This document shows, in pieces, positions 28,715-38,748 of a stretch of DNA of 64,000 nucleotides. Position numbers and translations under genes: made by a program. This DNA comes from an uncultured Chloroflexia bacterium (GTDB lineage Bacteria; Chloroflexota; Limnocylindria; Limnocylindrales; CSP1-4): the NCBI GenBank assembly GCA_963707215.1, contig CAVPPB010000001.1:352001-416000 (forward strand). The letters are read 5' to 3'. Every line of letters starts with the position of its first letter. The stretch's first letter is position 1. Below the pieces are notes generated by a model. It made no database searches and was not told where the DNA came from. It saw only the letters and a program-made list of their open reading frames with translations.

Positions 28715-29968
28715 ATGACGCACCTCCCGACCGATCCGGCCGTCCTCGAGCGGCTGCGCCGCCGCTCCACGCTGACCCTGGTGGCGGGTGTCGCGCTCGG
28801 CAGCACCGGTCACATCGCAGCGGTCACGGTCGCGACGATCGCGGCCGAGGAGCTGGCCGGCTCCTCCGCCTGGGCGGGAGTACCGGGGGCGGCGGTCGTC
28901 CTGGGGGCCGCCGGTGGGTCGCTCCTCCTGTCGGCGATCATGGTCCGGTCCGGGCGCCGAGCCGGCCTCGCGACCGGGTACACCCTCGGTGTCATCGGGG
29001 CACTGCTGGCAGTGCTCGCCCTGGTGGTCGCGTCGTTCCCCCTCCTGCTCGCCGGGACCGTCCTCATCGGGGTCGCCAACAGCTCCAATCAGCTCTCCCG
29101 CTACGCCGCGGCGGACCTGGTCCCGGCCAGGCGTCGAGCATCCGCGCTGGGGACGGTCGTCTGGGCGGCGACCGTGGGCGCGGTCGTCGGACCGAACCTC
29201 GTCGCCGTGGCTGGAACGGCTGCGGAGTCGATCGGCCTCCCCAGCCTGGCGGGTGCCTACCTCCTGCCGGCCGGGTTCGTGGCCATCGCGGCGGCCCTGA
29301 CGTTCACGTTCCTCCGCCCCGATCCGTACCTCCTGGCCGACCCGTCCGCTCGCCACCTCGAGACCGACGGCGCAGGTCACCCGGTCCGGACGCTGCTCCG
29401 TCGTCCGACGGTGACGATCGCGCTCGTCGCCCTGGTCGTCAACCAGGCGGTCATGGTGCTGGTCATGACGATGACCCCGCTCCACATGACCTCGCACGGG
29501 CACGAGCTGGCCGCGGTCGGGCTCGTCATCAGCGCCCACACCTTCGGGATGTTCGCCCTCTCGCCGATCTCCGGGCGCCTCGCCGACCGCTACGGGCCCG
29601 CCCCGATCGTCGCCGCCGGCCTCGTCGTGTCGGGAGCAGCCGCGGCGCTCTCGGCCACCGCTCCGCCCGACGGAGGCCTCCTGCTGGGCTTCGCGCTCTT
29701 CCTCCTCGGCTTCGGCTGGAACCTCGGCTACGTGGCCGGGAGCTCGATCCTGACCGGCGGCCTCGCGGTCCGCGAGCGGACCCGTCTCCAGGGAGCAGCG
29801 GACGCGCTGATCTGGAGCTCGTCGGCGCTCGCCAGCCTCGCCTCGGGGGTCATCGTTGCTGCGGCCAGCTTCACGGCCCTCGGGCTGCTCGGGGCGGCGG
29901 CCATCGTGCTGCCGACATGGCTCGTCATCAGTCGTCGGCATCGGCTCGATCCGGCCGAGCGGGCCTGA
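28715..29968 (+). CDS. MFS transporter
   Basis: About 12 TM segments, QLSRYAAAD, VLVMTMTPLHM and GRLADRYG. Start trimmed to ATG 28715. Confidence 0.9.
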   Translation: MTHLPTDPAVLERLRRRSTLTLVAGVALGSTGHIAAVTVATIAAEELAGSSAWAGVPGAAVVLGAAGGSLLLSAIMVRSGRRAGLATGYTLGVIGALLAVLALVVASFPLLLAGTVLIGVANSSNQLSRYAAADLVPARRRASALGTVVWAATVGAVVGPNLVAVAGTAAESIGLPSLAGAYLLPAGFVAIAAALTFTFLRPDPYLLADPSARHLETDGAGHPVRTLLRRPTVTIALVALVVNQAVMVLVMTMTPLHMTSHGHELAAVGLVISAHTFGMFALSPISGRLADRYGPAPIVAAGLVVSGAAAALSATAPPDGGLLLGFALFLLGFGWNLGYVAGSSILTGGLAVRERTRLQGAADALIWSSSALASLASGVIVAAASFTALGLLGAAAIVLPTWLVISRRHRLDPAERA

Positions 29969-29988
29969 TCCCCGAACCGCGGGGCGGC

Positions 29989-30234
29989 TCAGCCCGACCG
30001 CGATGTCAGCGCGCCGCGCGCGAGGTCGATCCCGGTGGCTCGAGGGTTCCACTTGAGACAGCGGTCGCCGATCCGGAACGTCAGTCCACCGAGGTCGTTC
30101 CGCCAGACCAGCTCCGGCTCGCCGCCACCGGCGAGGGCACGGACGACCGGCGGCACCTCCATCCCGCGGAGCGTGTGCTGGCGGGCCAGGTCGCCGAACC
30201 TGGGGTCGGCCATCGGCGGCTCCGCCGACGTCAT
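29989..30234 (-). pseudogene. Truncated aminoglycoside 3'-phosphotransferase-like N-terminal fragment
   Basis: VWRNDLGGLTFRIG..LKWNP..GIDL resembles the actinobacterial APH-family N-lobe; the catalytic HGD/DxG motifs are absent and there is no room for them. Confidence 0.55.
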
Positions 30235-31503
30235 GCTGGCCGGAGCTCACCCTCGACCCAGGCCGCCAGGGCCCGAGCGCAGGCGGCGACCTCGTCGAGC
30301 GTCACGTGCTCGTCGGCACTGTGGGCGACCCGGACGTCGCCCGGTCCGAACATGACCGTCGGGGTCCGCCCCTGGTGGACGAGCAGGCGCATGTCGGCCC
30401 CATACGGCGCCCCGGCACGGGCCGGCTCGCGACCCGTCGTCGCTCGGATGGCCGTCGCCAGGCCGGTCGCCAGCGGTCCGTCGGGGTCCACGCGGGCCGA
30501 GCCGAAGCGACCCCCGACGATCTCGACGCTCGCCGGGTTGTCGCGCAGGAAGGCGTCGGCGGCGCAGGCCGACTCGATGCAGGCGCGCAGCTCGGCGCCG
30601 GCCTCGACCGGGGTCTGACCGAGCCGGACCCCGTAGCGGCCCTCGACGACGACCCGGTCCAGGACGGTCGACGACCACTCGCCGCCGGCGACCTTGCCGA
30701 CGATCGTGGCGTACGGCAGCCCGAGGTCGGTCATCAGCGGATCGGTCTCGGCGGCGTTGCGGGCCGCCTCGTCGGCCTCGAGCGCCCGGACGAGCGTGAA
30801 CAGGCCATCGAGCGCGGAGACGCCCTCGCGGCGGACCGAGGCGTGGGCCGCCCGCCCTGGGATCTCGAGACGGAAGGTGATCGCGCCGGCGTGGGCGACG
30901 ATGAGCTCGAGGCGCGTCGGCTCGGTGATGACGGCCGCCTCGGCGACCGAGCCGTCCTCGCGGGCGAGCGCCCGGATCGCGGCCAGCATCCCGGCCCCGC
31001 CGTCCTCCTCGGCCGGCACGAGGGCGACGACCAGCTCACCGTCGAGGCGGTCCACGACCCCCGTCTCCCGCAGGGCGCGGACCGCGGCCAGGATCGAGAC
31101 CACCCCGCCCTTCATGTCGCAGGCCGCCACGACCGTAGAGCCGGCCGTCGCGGACCTCGCCGGCCCACGGGTCGGCCGTCCAGGCACCCTCGTCCCCGAC
31201 CGGGACGACGTCGAGGTGGCCGGCCAGCAGCAGGCGTCGACCGCCGGGCCGCCCGAGCCGTCCGAGCACCAGGGGCAACGTCGTCCGGGGCATCTCCATG
31301 CCCGGGAAGTCGGGGTCCGCCTCGATGACGCCCGGGTCCACGTCGAGCCGCTCGACGGCCGCGCCAGCGTCGGCCAGCAGCCGGGCCGCGAGGTCCGTGG
31401 CTGTGGTCTCCTCGCCGGTCACCGACGGCGTCCGAACGAGCTGGCGCAGCTCGGCCTCCAGGCGGGCGGGATCGAACGGGTCGGGCGCGTCCGCCTCAGC
31501 CAC
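30231..31503 (-). CDS. ArgE/DapE family (M20) deacylase, frameshift near 31125
   Basis: GHLDVVP and LYGRG in one frame; ACDMKGG, AEEDGG, EPT, AAHAS, GADM and AHSADE in another. Confidence 0.88.
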
Positions 31504-32353
31504 GGAGGATCGGCCGCGTCATGCAGGTCGGCCCGCCCGAGCCGTTGATGCCGACCTCGCTCGCCTGGTATGCGTGCACCTCGCAGCCCGCGGCGGCCAG
31601 GGCGGCCGCGGTCCCGGGGTTGCCCTCGGCCACGACGACGACCCCGGGACGGACCGCCAGGACGTTGCAGCCGAGGGTCGGGAACTCCTCGTCGGGGACC
31701 GCGACGGTCCGGATCCCGAGATCGCCGAGGAGCCGCCACAGCCCCACCGGCAGCAGCGGCAGGTAGACGACCGCCAGGTCGTCGGCGACCGGGCTGATGA
31801 CCGAGAGCAGGTGGATGAGCTCGGCCGGGCCGCGCCAGTAGGGCACGTCGAAGACCCGGGTCTCGCCGCCGACCAGCCCGGCCAGCTGGGTGGCCCCGGC
31901 CTCGTTCGTCCGCAGCGTCCGGCCGATGCAGAGCAGATCCGGCCGAAGCCAGAAGGTGTCGCCGCCCTCGATGGTCCCGGGCGCCTCGATGCGGCCGAGC
32001 GTCGGGATCCCGTGGGCCAGGGTCCACGCTTCGAGGGCCGCCGGCTCGGAGCGGCGGTTCGGCTTGCCGGGCCGCAGCGGGATGGCGCCCCGGTCGGAGA
32101 TCAGCAGCGGATCGAAGGTGTAGGTCAGGTCCGGGCTGCCGCACTCCCCGTCGAGCTCGTGAACGGTGACACCGAGGCGGGCCAGGATCCCGACGAAGGC
32201 GTCGTGCTGGCGGCGGGCCGCGTCGAGGTCGACCGGGCGCAGGAAGCCGTGGGCCGGGTCCTCGAAGGCACGCCCGAACGGTTCGCCGGGACGCTTCACG
32301 AGGACCTCGTGGAGCGGGGCCGTCATGCTCTGGGCGCCGTAGGTCCGGGGCAT
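31496..32353 (-). CDS. Amidinotransferase / DDAH / arginine deiminase-related protein
   Basis: YTFDP, RRSEP, IEGGD, RTNEAG, LIHL and GSGGPTCMTRP (Asp-His-Cys triad). Confidence 0.88.
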   Translation of the reverse strand: MPRTYGAQSMTAPLHEVLVKRPGEPFGRAFEDPAHGFLRPVDLDAARRQHDAFVGILARLGVTVHELDGECGSPDLTYTFDPLLISDRGAIPLRPGKPNRRSEPAALEAWTLAHGIPTLGRIEAPGTIEGGDTFWLRPDLLCIGRTLRTNEAGATQLAGLVGGETRVFDVPYWRGPAELIHLLSVISPVADDLAVVYLPLLPVGLWRLLGDLGIRTVAVPDEEFPTLGCNVLAVRPGVVVVAEGNPGTAAALAAAGCEVHAYQASEVGINGSGGPTCMTRPILRG

Positions 32354-32407
32354 CGGTGGTCGTTCCCCCTTCGTCGGGCTCTGGCGTGGACGGAGTGTAG
32401 CCGGGGT

Positions 32408-33547
32408 TCAGCCGAGCGGCGGTGTCCCGAAGCGGCCGACGTCGAGCTCGGCCGGGATCACCCCGCGGTCCAGGATGAGGTCGACGACCCACCGTGCCGA
32501 GCCAGGACCCGTGGAGATGCCCCACGGCCCGTGGCCTGCGCAGACGAACAGGCCGTCCACGCCGGGCACGGCGCCCAGAAGCGGTCGGCCGTCGACGGAG
32601 ACCGGGCGGGCACAGGCCCGGGTCTCGCGGATCGGCGCCGAGAGCAGCCCGGGCACGAAGCGGAGGCAGCGCTCCAGGAGCCGCTCGGTCCAGGCCGCGG
32701 GATCCGGCTCCTCGGCAAGGAAGGTCGAGCCGACGACGGAGACCCCGCCGGCGGTCACCAGGCTGGAGCTCGGCGCGTCATCGTTCGTCTCCGTGGACGA
32801 TCCCGGCGGGCCGACGACCTCGTCCATCTCGGCCTCCTCGATCACGTGCCGGGGCGGTACGTCCAGCAGGGTCTCCACGACCACCCCCCACCGAGCGACG
32901 ATCGGGCGCCAGGCACCCGACCCGAGGACGAGCTCCGGCGTCCAGGGCCCGGCGGCGACGAGGACGGCGTCGACGGGCTCCACGCGTCCTGCCACCTCGA
33001 CACCAGCGACCCGACCGCGTTCGATGACCGGCCGGGCAGCGTGGCCCACCCGGATCCGGGCGCCCCGACGCTCGGCGAAGGTCGCGAAGGCGTAGGTGGG
33101 GGCCGACGGGACGACCGGGTGGCCGACGTCGATCCGGCAGGCCGCCACGCCGGGCGCCAGGGCCGGATCCGCGTCGACCAGCTCAGCCCCGACGAGGACC
33201 TCCGGCCGCAGGGCCGGGAAGGCCACGGCGAGATCGTCCGCCAGCCGGCGGAGGAGGGCGGGGTCCTCGGAGACGAGCAGCAGGCCCGTCGGGCGATCCG
33301 GCAGGCGGAACCCGGCCTCCGGCACCGCCTCGGCAAGGGCGTTGTACTCGCTGACGGTCGCGGCGTAGGCCGGCCCGAGCGCGGGGTCGAAGGGCAGCTG
33401 GACGACGCCGCTGTTGCGTCCGGAGGCCCCGGCGCCAAGGGCCTCGCGCTCGTAGAGGGTCACCCGGACACCGGCCTCGGCGAGGAACGTCGCCGCGGCC
33501 GTCCCCACGATCCCGCCGCCGATGACGGCGACCTCGGTCGGGCTCAT
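32408..33547 (-). CDS. FAD-dependent oxidoreductase (DAO/glycine oxidase family)
   Basis: VIGGGIVG, GASGRNSG, AAGPW, CARPVSVDGRP and GHGPWGI. Confidence 0.9.
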   Translation of the reverse strand: MSPTEVAVIGGGIVGTAAATFLAEAGVRVTLYEREALGAGASGRNSGVVQLPFDPALGPAYAATVSEYNALAEAVPEAGFRLPDRPTGLLLVSEDPALLRRLADDLAVAFPALRPEVLVGAELVDADPALAPGVAACRIDVGHPVVPSAPTYAFATFAERRGARIRVGHAARPVIERGRVAGVEVAGRVEPVDAVLVAAGPWTPELVLGSGAWRPIVARWGVVVETLLDVPPRHVIEEAEMDEVVGPPGSSTETNDDAPSSSLVTAGGVSVVGSTFLAEEPDPAAWTERLLERCLRFVPGLLSAPIRETRACARPVSVDGRPLLGAVPGVDGLFVCAGHGPWGISTGPGSARWVVDLILDRGVIPAELDVGRFGTPPLG

Positions 33548-33599
33548 GCCCGGCGCTCCGTGGCCCGGCGCCGGCTGCCGGCGCTCGATCGCCACGCCG

Positions 33600-33965
33600 T
33601 CAGCGACAGTCGGTGCTCGACGAGAGCTCGTCGCCGCGCTCGTTGATGATGACGACCGTCGCCGACGTGGCCTCGTTGCTCTCGAGGATCGTGGTGATGT
33701 TCGAGCACATGAAGAGCTTGGCACCGCCGGCGCTGAAGTTGTTGTCGATGGTGATGGTGATGGTGTCCCCCTCGATCGAGCTGTCGAGCATCGAGGTGCC
33801 GAAGGTCGCCTGGATGGCGGCCACCACCTTCCCGTAGTCCGGGCCGCCATCGCCGCCGCCACCGCCGCCCCCGCACGCCGCGACGATGAGCGAGGCCGTC
33901 ATGGCGACCGCGACCAGCAGCCGACTCGCTCGTGGGCCGTTCGCGGCGTTGCGCTCTCGTTCCAT
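33600..33965 (-). CDS. Hypothetical lipoprotein
   Basis: Lipobox VAAC after a hydrophobic stretch, Gly linker and two further Cys; GGAGGAG RBS. Confidence 0.7.
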   Translation of the reverse strand: MERERNAANGPRASRLLVAVAMTASLIVAACGGGGGGGDGGPDYGKVVAAIQATFGTSMLDSSIEGDTITITIDNNFSAGGAKLFMCSNITTILESNEATSATVVIINERGDELSSSTDCR

Positions 33966-34089
33966 GGGGCGGCTCCTCCTCCAGGCCCCGGAGCCGACGC
34001 GGGCCGGCGGGACGTGGGGCGGATTGTAGGCCGACACCGGACGGCGGGGAAGGCTAGGCCGGCTCGCGACGGGTCACCGCCGTTCCGGA

Positions 34090-35376
34090 TCAGCCGAGCG
34101 GTCGCCCCGTCGCCCCCGCCACCGCGATCGCTTCGAGCTCGCCGAGGAGGCGGTCCACCTCGGCGGCGGTGTTGTAGTGGACGAGCCCGATCCGCAGGAC
34201 GCCGCCCGACGATGCGAGTCCGAGCCGCTCGATGAGGCCCGTCGCGTAGAAGTCGCCGTCCCAGGTGGCGATCCCCCGCCGCCCGAGTGCTTCCGCGGCG
34301 GCCCGGGGATGGATCCCCTCGATCGTCACGGCGGCCGTCGGCGTCCGCTCCCCGAACCGGGTCGGGTCGGCGATCCCGAGCAGCCGGACGCCCGGGATCC
34401 GGGCCAGGCCGTCGGCAAGGTGCTCGAAGAGCTCGCGCTCGTCCGCGGCGATGGAGGTCATCGCCGCGACCAGCTCGGCCCGTCGCCCGTCGTGCCCGCT
34501 CGAGCGGGCCGCCTCGACGTCGCCGAACGACCGCCCCACCCAGGCCAGGTAGTCGACCGCGGCGGCTGTCCCGGCGATCGCCTCGAAGTCGCCGGTCCCG
34601 GTCTCGAGCTTGTCGTCGGCCGGGCGGACCTTGTAGGCCGGCAGGCGGTCGTAGACGTCCTCCCGGACGTGGAGCACGCCGGCGTGCGGCCCGAAGAACT
34701 TGTAGGCGGAGCAGACCAGGAAGTCGCTGTCCAGGGCGACGACGTCGATCGGGGCGTGCGGCGCGTAGTGGACCGCGTCCACGTAGGTCAGGGCGCCGAC
34801 GGCGTGGGCCCGCTCGACGATCCCGGCCACCGGATTGACGGTGCCCAGGGCGTTCGACGCGGCGCCGACCGCGACGACCCGGGTCCGCGAGCCGATGACC
34901 CGGTCGAGGGACGCCGGGTCCAGGGTGCCGTCCTCGTCGCGGATGTCGACCCGTCGCAGCTCCAGGCCGCGCTCGGCGGCCATCAGGGCCCACGGGTCGA
35001 CGTTGGCCTGGTGGTCGAGGACCGTCACGACGACCTCGTCCCCGGGCTCCAGCATCGCCCCGATCGACCGGCTGGCGTGGAAGGTCAGCGTCGTCATGTT
35101 GGCGCCGAAGTGGATCTCGACGGGATCCCGGGCACCCAGCAGGTCGACCAGGGCGGCCCGGGCGCCCTCGACGATCCCGTCGCTGCGCACGCTGGTCAGG
35201 AAGGCTCCGCCGTGGTTGGCGTTCGCCTCCCGGTAGTAGCCGGCCACAGCGTCGATGACCAGGTCCGGGACCTGGGTGCCACCGGGACCGTCGAAGAGGG
35301 CGACGGGCCGGCCGCCCTGCTCGATCGAGAGGCTGGGGAAGCGGGCGCGGATGGCGGCGGGATCGAGTCGGGGCAT
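34090..35376 (-). CDS. Cysteine desulfurase-like PLP protein (class V aminotransferase)
   Basis: FDGPGGTQVP, DHQANVDPW, YVDAVHYAPH, CSAYKFFGPH and ETGT. Confidence 0.9.
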   Translation of the reverse strand: MPRLDPAAIRARFPSLSIEQGGRPVALFDGPGGTQVPDLVIDAVAGYYREANANHGGAFLTSVRSDGIVEGARAALVDLLGARDPVEIHFGANMTTLTFHASRSIGAMLEPGDEVVVTVLDHQANVDPWALMAAERGLELRRVDIRDEDGTLDPASLDRVIGSRTRVVAVGAASNALGTVNPVAGIVERAHAVGALTYVDAVHYAPHAPIDVVALDSDFLVCSAYKFFGPHAGVLHVREDVYDRLPAYKVRPADDKLETGTGDFEAIAGTAAAVDYLAWVGRSFGDVEAARSSGHDGRRAELVAAMTSIAADERELFEHLADGLARIPGVRLLGIADPTRFGERTPTAAVTIEGIHPRAAAEALGRRGIATWDGDFYATGLIERLGLASSGGVLRIGLVHYNTAAEVDRLLGELEAIAVAGATGRPLG

Positions 35377-35478
35377 CGTGGTCTCCGGGGGGGGTCGGTG
35401 TGGGCCGGGCGGCTCGGCTCGGGAGGAGCGCCGGGCCGCGCCCATGATGCCCGAGCGAGGCGACCGCCGGACGGCGGC

Positions 35479-36819
35479 TCAGCCGTTCGACGGCTCAGCC
35501 GGCTCGGCGCTCCGCAGCGAGTCGGCGAAGGCGACCACCCGGTCCTCGGCCGCCTCGCGGACGGGCGAGTGCGCGGCCAGGAGGTCGTGCCCGGCGTCGA
35601 GCTCCAGGAGCTCCGGCCGGCTCGGCAGCCGTGCCAGGAGCCTCGCCGTTCGGGCCGGCAGGCTGACCGCGTCGGTGGTGCCCTGGATCGCCAGCACGGG
35701 ACCGGTCACCCGACGCGCTCCCCGGTCAGCGGCCCGCGACGCCCGGAACAGCTGCTCGAGGGCGGAGACCGGGACGCGAAGGCCCTGGATGCCCCGCCGG
35801 ACCTCCGGGTCGTCCAGGTCGACACCGGGCAGGAAGCCCTCGATGCCGGACCGCACGTCCGGGGCAGCCAGGTCGAGCCGCGACAGCGGCCGGATGCCGG
35901 CCGGCAGGAACGGTCGGACGAGCGGGCCGAGCAACCACAGGGCCTGGTTGACAGGCCACGAGAAGGGAGCCACGAGGACCAGCCCGTCCGGGCGGACCGA
36001 CCGCTCGGTCGCCACGGCGAGGGTCCCGCCCATCGAGAAGCCGACGACGAGGAGCGGTTCGTGGCCCTCGCGGCGGAGTCCGTGGCCAGCGGCCTCGACC
36101 GCGCCGATCCAGTCCTCGAGGCGCCTGTCCGGCAGCTGTCGGATCTCCGCCCCGAAGCCCGGCAACAGGGGCACCTCGACGGTCCAGCCGGCCGCCGCCA
36201 GGCGCTCGGCGAGTGAGCGGAGCTCGGCCGGCGTCGCGCCATAGCCGTGGACGAGGAGCGCCGCCGGGCCGGGCCGGTCGGTCCCGCCGCCCGGGCCGCT
36301 CTCAGGATCGCCGCCCGAGCCGGCCTCGGGGTCGAGGCAGAAGGGCTCGTGCTCGGGCCCGTCGAAGAGCTCCAGCCCGGGCGGCAGGATCGGCTCGGCA
36401 TCCGGGACCCAGGTGGCATGCACGGCGTCGAAGACCAGCAGGAACGCGCCCTGGACGACGACGCCCCATCCGTTGCCGGCCAGGAAGGGATCCCCGGCCG
36501 CGATGGGGCCGGCGAGGACGAGCCCACCGATGACGTAGGCGACGTCGAGCCCGGCGTTGACCCAGAGGAGCCGCCGGATCCGCCGGGCCTCGCGCCGGGC
36601 CGCGGTCTCGTCGCCGGCATGCAGGCGCCGCCCGCGGGCTGCGCCGCGCCGCCCGACGATGCCGATGGCCCCGTCGATGACGCCCCAGACGACCGCCTGG
36701 AGGCCGATGCCCCGCCAGAACGCATCGCCGAGCGCCAGCAGGATCGCCCCACCGAGCACGCTGAGCACCGCCCACAGGATGAGACGGCGTCCCAGGAGGT
36801 CGGCGAACTCCCAGGTCAT
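35479..36819 (-). CDS. Membrane domain (DUF6992-like) fused to alpha/beta hydrolase
   Basis: WGVIDGAI..NAGLDVAY..QGAFLLVFD membrane part, followed by LVHGY, GFSMG, QGTTD and AGHD. Confidence 0.8.
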   Translation of the reverse strand: MTWEFADLLGRRLILWAVLSVLGGAILLALGDAFWRGIGLQAVVWGVIDGAIGIVGRRGAARGRRLHAGDETAARREARRIRRLLWVNAGLDVAYVIGGLVLAGPIAAGDPFLAGNGWGVVVQGAFLLVFDAVHATWVPDAEPILPPGLELFDGPEHEPFCLDPEAGSGGDPESGPGGGTDRPGPAALLVHGYGATPAELRSLAERLAAAGWTVEVPLLPGFGAEIRQLPDRRLEDWIGAVEAAGHGLRREGHEPLLVVGFSMGGTLAVATERSVRPDGLVLVAPFSWPVNQALWLLGPLVRPFLPAGIRPLSRLDLAAPDVRSGIEGFLPGVDLDDPEVRRGIQGLRVPVSALEQLFRASRAADRGARRVTGPVLAIQGTTDAVSLPARTARLLARLPSRPELLELDAGHDLLAAHSPVREAAEDRVVAFADSLRSAEPAEPSNG

Positions 36820-37025
36820 GCCGGAGACGAGGTGGCGGGATGGTCGGCCATCGCGGTCATCGTGCGCCACCGACCCCGTGGCTGCAACGAACGTCCCTCG
36901 AGGTCCCGTCGGGCGGCGAGCCGGGGTCCCGGCCGACCGGCGCCGCCGAGCCCTCCACCCACCCACCATCCGAGGCTGGCGCGCTACCATGTCGTGCCGA
37001 GCGACCCCACCCGAGGCCAGCCAGG

Positions 37026-37574
37026 ATGACGACCAGTCGAGCGACCGCCATCGAGCCCCCGCCGCGTCCGGGCCTGGCCGCCCGTGACCCCCGGCTGGCC
37101 GACTGGCGGGCGCTCCTGCAGGCGCATGCGCTGCTCGTGCGGCGGCTGGACGAGGAGCTTCGCGCCGAGCACGATCTCTCGCTCGCCGAGTACGAGACCC
37201 TGCTCCACCTCGCAGGATCCCCGGACGGTCAGCTCCGGATGAACTCGCTCGCCGACCAGGTCCTCCTGAGCCGCAGCGGCATCACCCGGCTCGTGGATCG
37301 CCTGGAGTCGACGGGGCTCGTCCGGCGCCAGCAGTGCGCCACCGATCACCGCGGATCGTGGGCCGTCCTGACGGTCGCGGGCCTCGAGCAGCTCCGCTCG
37401 GCGTCGAGGACGCATCTCCGCGGCATCGACGAGCACTTCATGAGGGTGATCGAGCCCGGCGACCTCGCCGCCATCGGTCGCTCCATGACGGCCGTCGCAG
37501 AGCGGCTTGCCGCGACCGGGGAGACGGAGGTGGGAGCGGGCCCGGCGGAGGCCGAGGCATCCGCCCTGCCGTAA
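37026..37574 (+). CDS. MarR family transcriptional regulator
   Basis: LSLAEYETL, LSRSGITRLVDRLE..GLVRR and DHRG..LT..G. Confidence 0.92.
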   Translation: MTTSRATAIEPPPRPGLAARDPRLADWRALLQAHALLVRRLDEELRAEHDLSLAEYETLLHLAGSPDGQLRMNSLADQVLLSRSGITRLVDRLESTGLVRRQQCATDHRGSWAVLTVAGLEQLRSASRTHLRGIDEHFMRVIEPGDLAAIGRSMTAVAERLAATGETEVGAGPAEAEASALP

Positions 37575-37591
37575 CCGGTCGGCTCGGCAGC

Positions 37592-38341
37592 ATGACCGGG
37601 AGGCTTCGCGTCGGCACGAGCGGCTTCTCGTATCCGGGCTGGGCGCCGCGGTTCTACCCGGCCGGGACCCCGGCCGGTCGACGCCTCGAGACCTATGCCC
37701 GGCAGCTCGGTGCGGTCGAGCTGAACAGCACCTTCTATCGCCGGCCTTCGGAGCGGCAGCTCGTCGAGTGGGCCGCCGCGACACCCGGGGGGTTCCGCTT
37801 CGTGGTCAAGGCGCAACGCGGCGCAACCTGGAGGGCCTTCCGGTCGCCTGACCCCGCGGCCAGCCTCGCCTGGCTCTGTGAGCCGCTGCCGGGCCTGGGC
37901 GATCGACTGGGTGCGGTGCTGCTCCGGGTCCCCGATGACATGACCCGTGACGATGACCGCCTCGACGCGGTCCTGGGCGGCTGGCCGACGAGCGTGCCGC
38001 TGGTCGTCGAGGCACGAGACCCCAGCTGGCACGTCGACGAGGTGTTCGATCGGCTCCGTCGGGCAGAGGCGGTGCTCTGCGCGACCGACCTCGACGGCTC
38101 GCCGCCGCCGGACCTGCGGGTCCTGGGCAGCTTCCTCTACCTGCGGCTTCGCCGCGGGGGCTATGACGACGAGGCGATCGAGGCCTGGGCCGGCCGGCTC
38201 GCCCCGTTCCTGGCCGCCGGTATCGACGCCTACGCCTTCGTCCGCCACGACGACGACGGTGCCTCGGCTGCCGTGGCAGCGGCGCTCGGCGAAGCCACGG
38301 TGTCCCGGCTGCGTCGCGAGCGCCGCCCGGACGACGGCTAG
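37592..38341 (+). CDS. DUF72 domain protein
   Basis: VGTSGFSY, VELNSTFY, FRFVVKA, EARDPSW and YLRLR. Confidence 0.9.
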   Translation: MTGRLRVGTSGFSYPGWAPRFYPAGTPAGRRLETYARQLGAVELNSTFYRRPSERQLVEWAAATPGGFRFVVKAQRGATWRAFRSPDPAASLAWLCEPLPGLGDRLGAVLLRVPDDMTRDDDRLDAVLGGWPTSVPLVVEARDPSWHVDEVFDRLRRAEAVLCATDLDGSPPPDLRVLGSFLYLRLRRGGYDDEAIEAWAGRLAPFLAAGIDAYAFVRHDDDGASAAVAAALGEATVSRLRRERRPDDG

Positions 38342-38664
38342 GGTCGCGAGCCCTCGGCCGGTCCGAAGACCACGAGGACGACGAGATCCTCCGCGATCGC
38401 CTCGAAGCGATGCGGGACGCCGGCGGCGACGAATGCGCTGGTCCCAGGTCCGACGGATCTGGCCTCGTCGGCCACGCGCAGGACGGCGCGGCCGCGGATG
38501 ACGTGGTAGAGCTCGTCCTCCCCGTGCGGCGCCTGTGGGTCGACCCCGCCGGCCGGCAGCACGTAGAGGCCAGCGCTCAGGTCCGGGACCCGGAGGAACT
38601 CGAGGTACGACTCGCCGGCGGCAGCGTGTCGATCGAGCAGGTCGGCGAGGTCGTGGACGTCCAT
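38338..38664 (-). CDS. Cupin domain protein
   Basis: YLEFLR..LSAGLY..DPQAPHGEDELY..VPHRF. Confidence 0.88.
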   Translation of the reverse strand: MDVHDLADLLDRHAAAGESYLEFLRVPDLSAGLYVLPAGGVDPQAPHGEDELYHVIRGRAVLRVADEARSVGPGTSAFVAAGVPHRFEAIAEDLVVLVVFGPAEGSRP

Positions 38665-38748
38665 GGCATCTCCCCGGCTCCGGTCGGTCCGTTGCGCCTG
38701 CCGGTCTGCGACGATCCGGACCGAGGCGGCCAGCGTACGACAGGCGCG

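Noticed and set aside
29989-30234. Functional aminoglycoside resistance gene
   Set aside because: Only an N-terminal fragment is present, without catalytic motifs.
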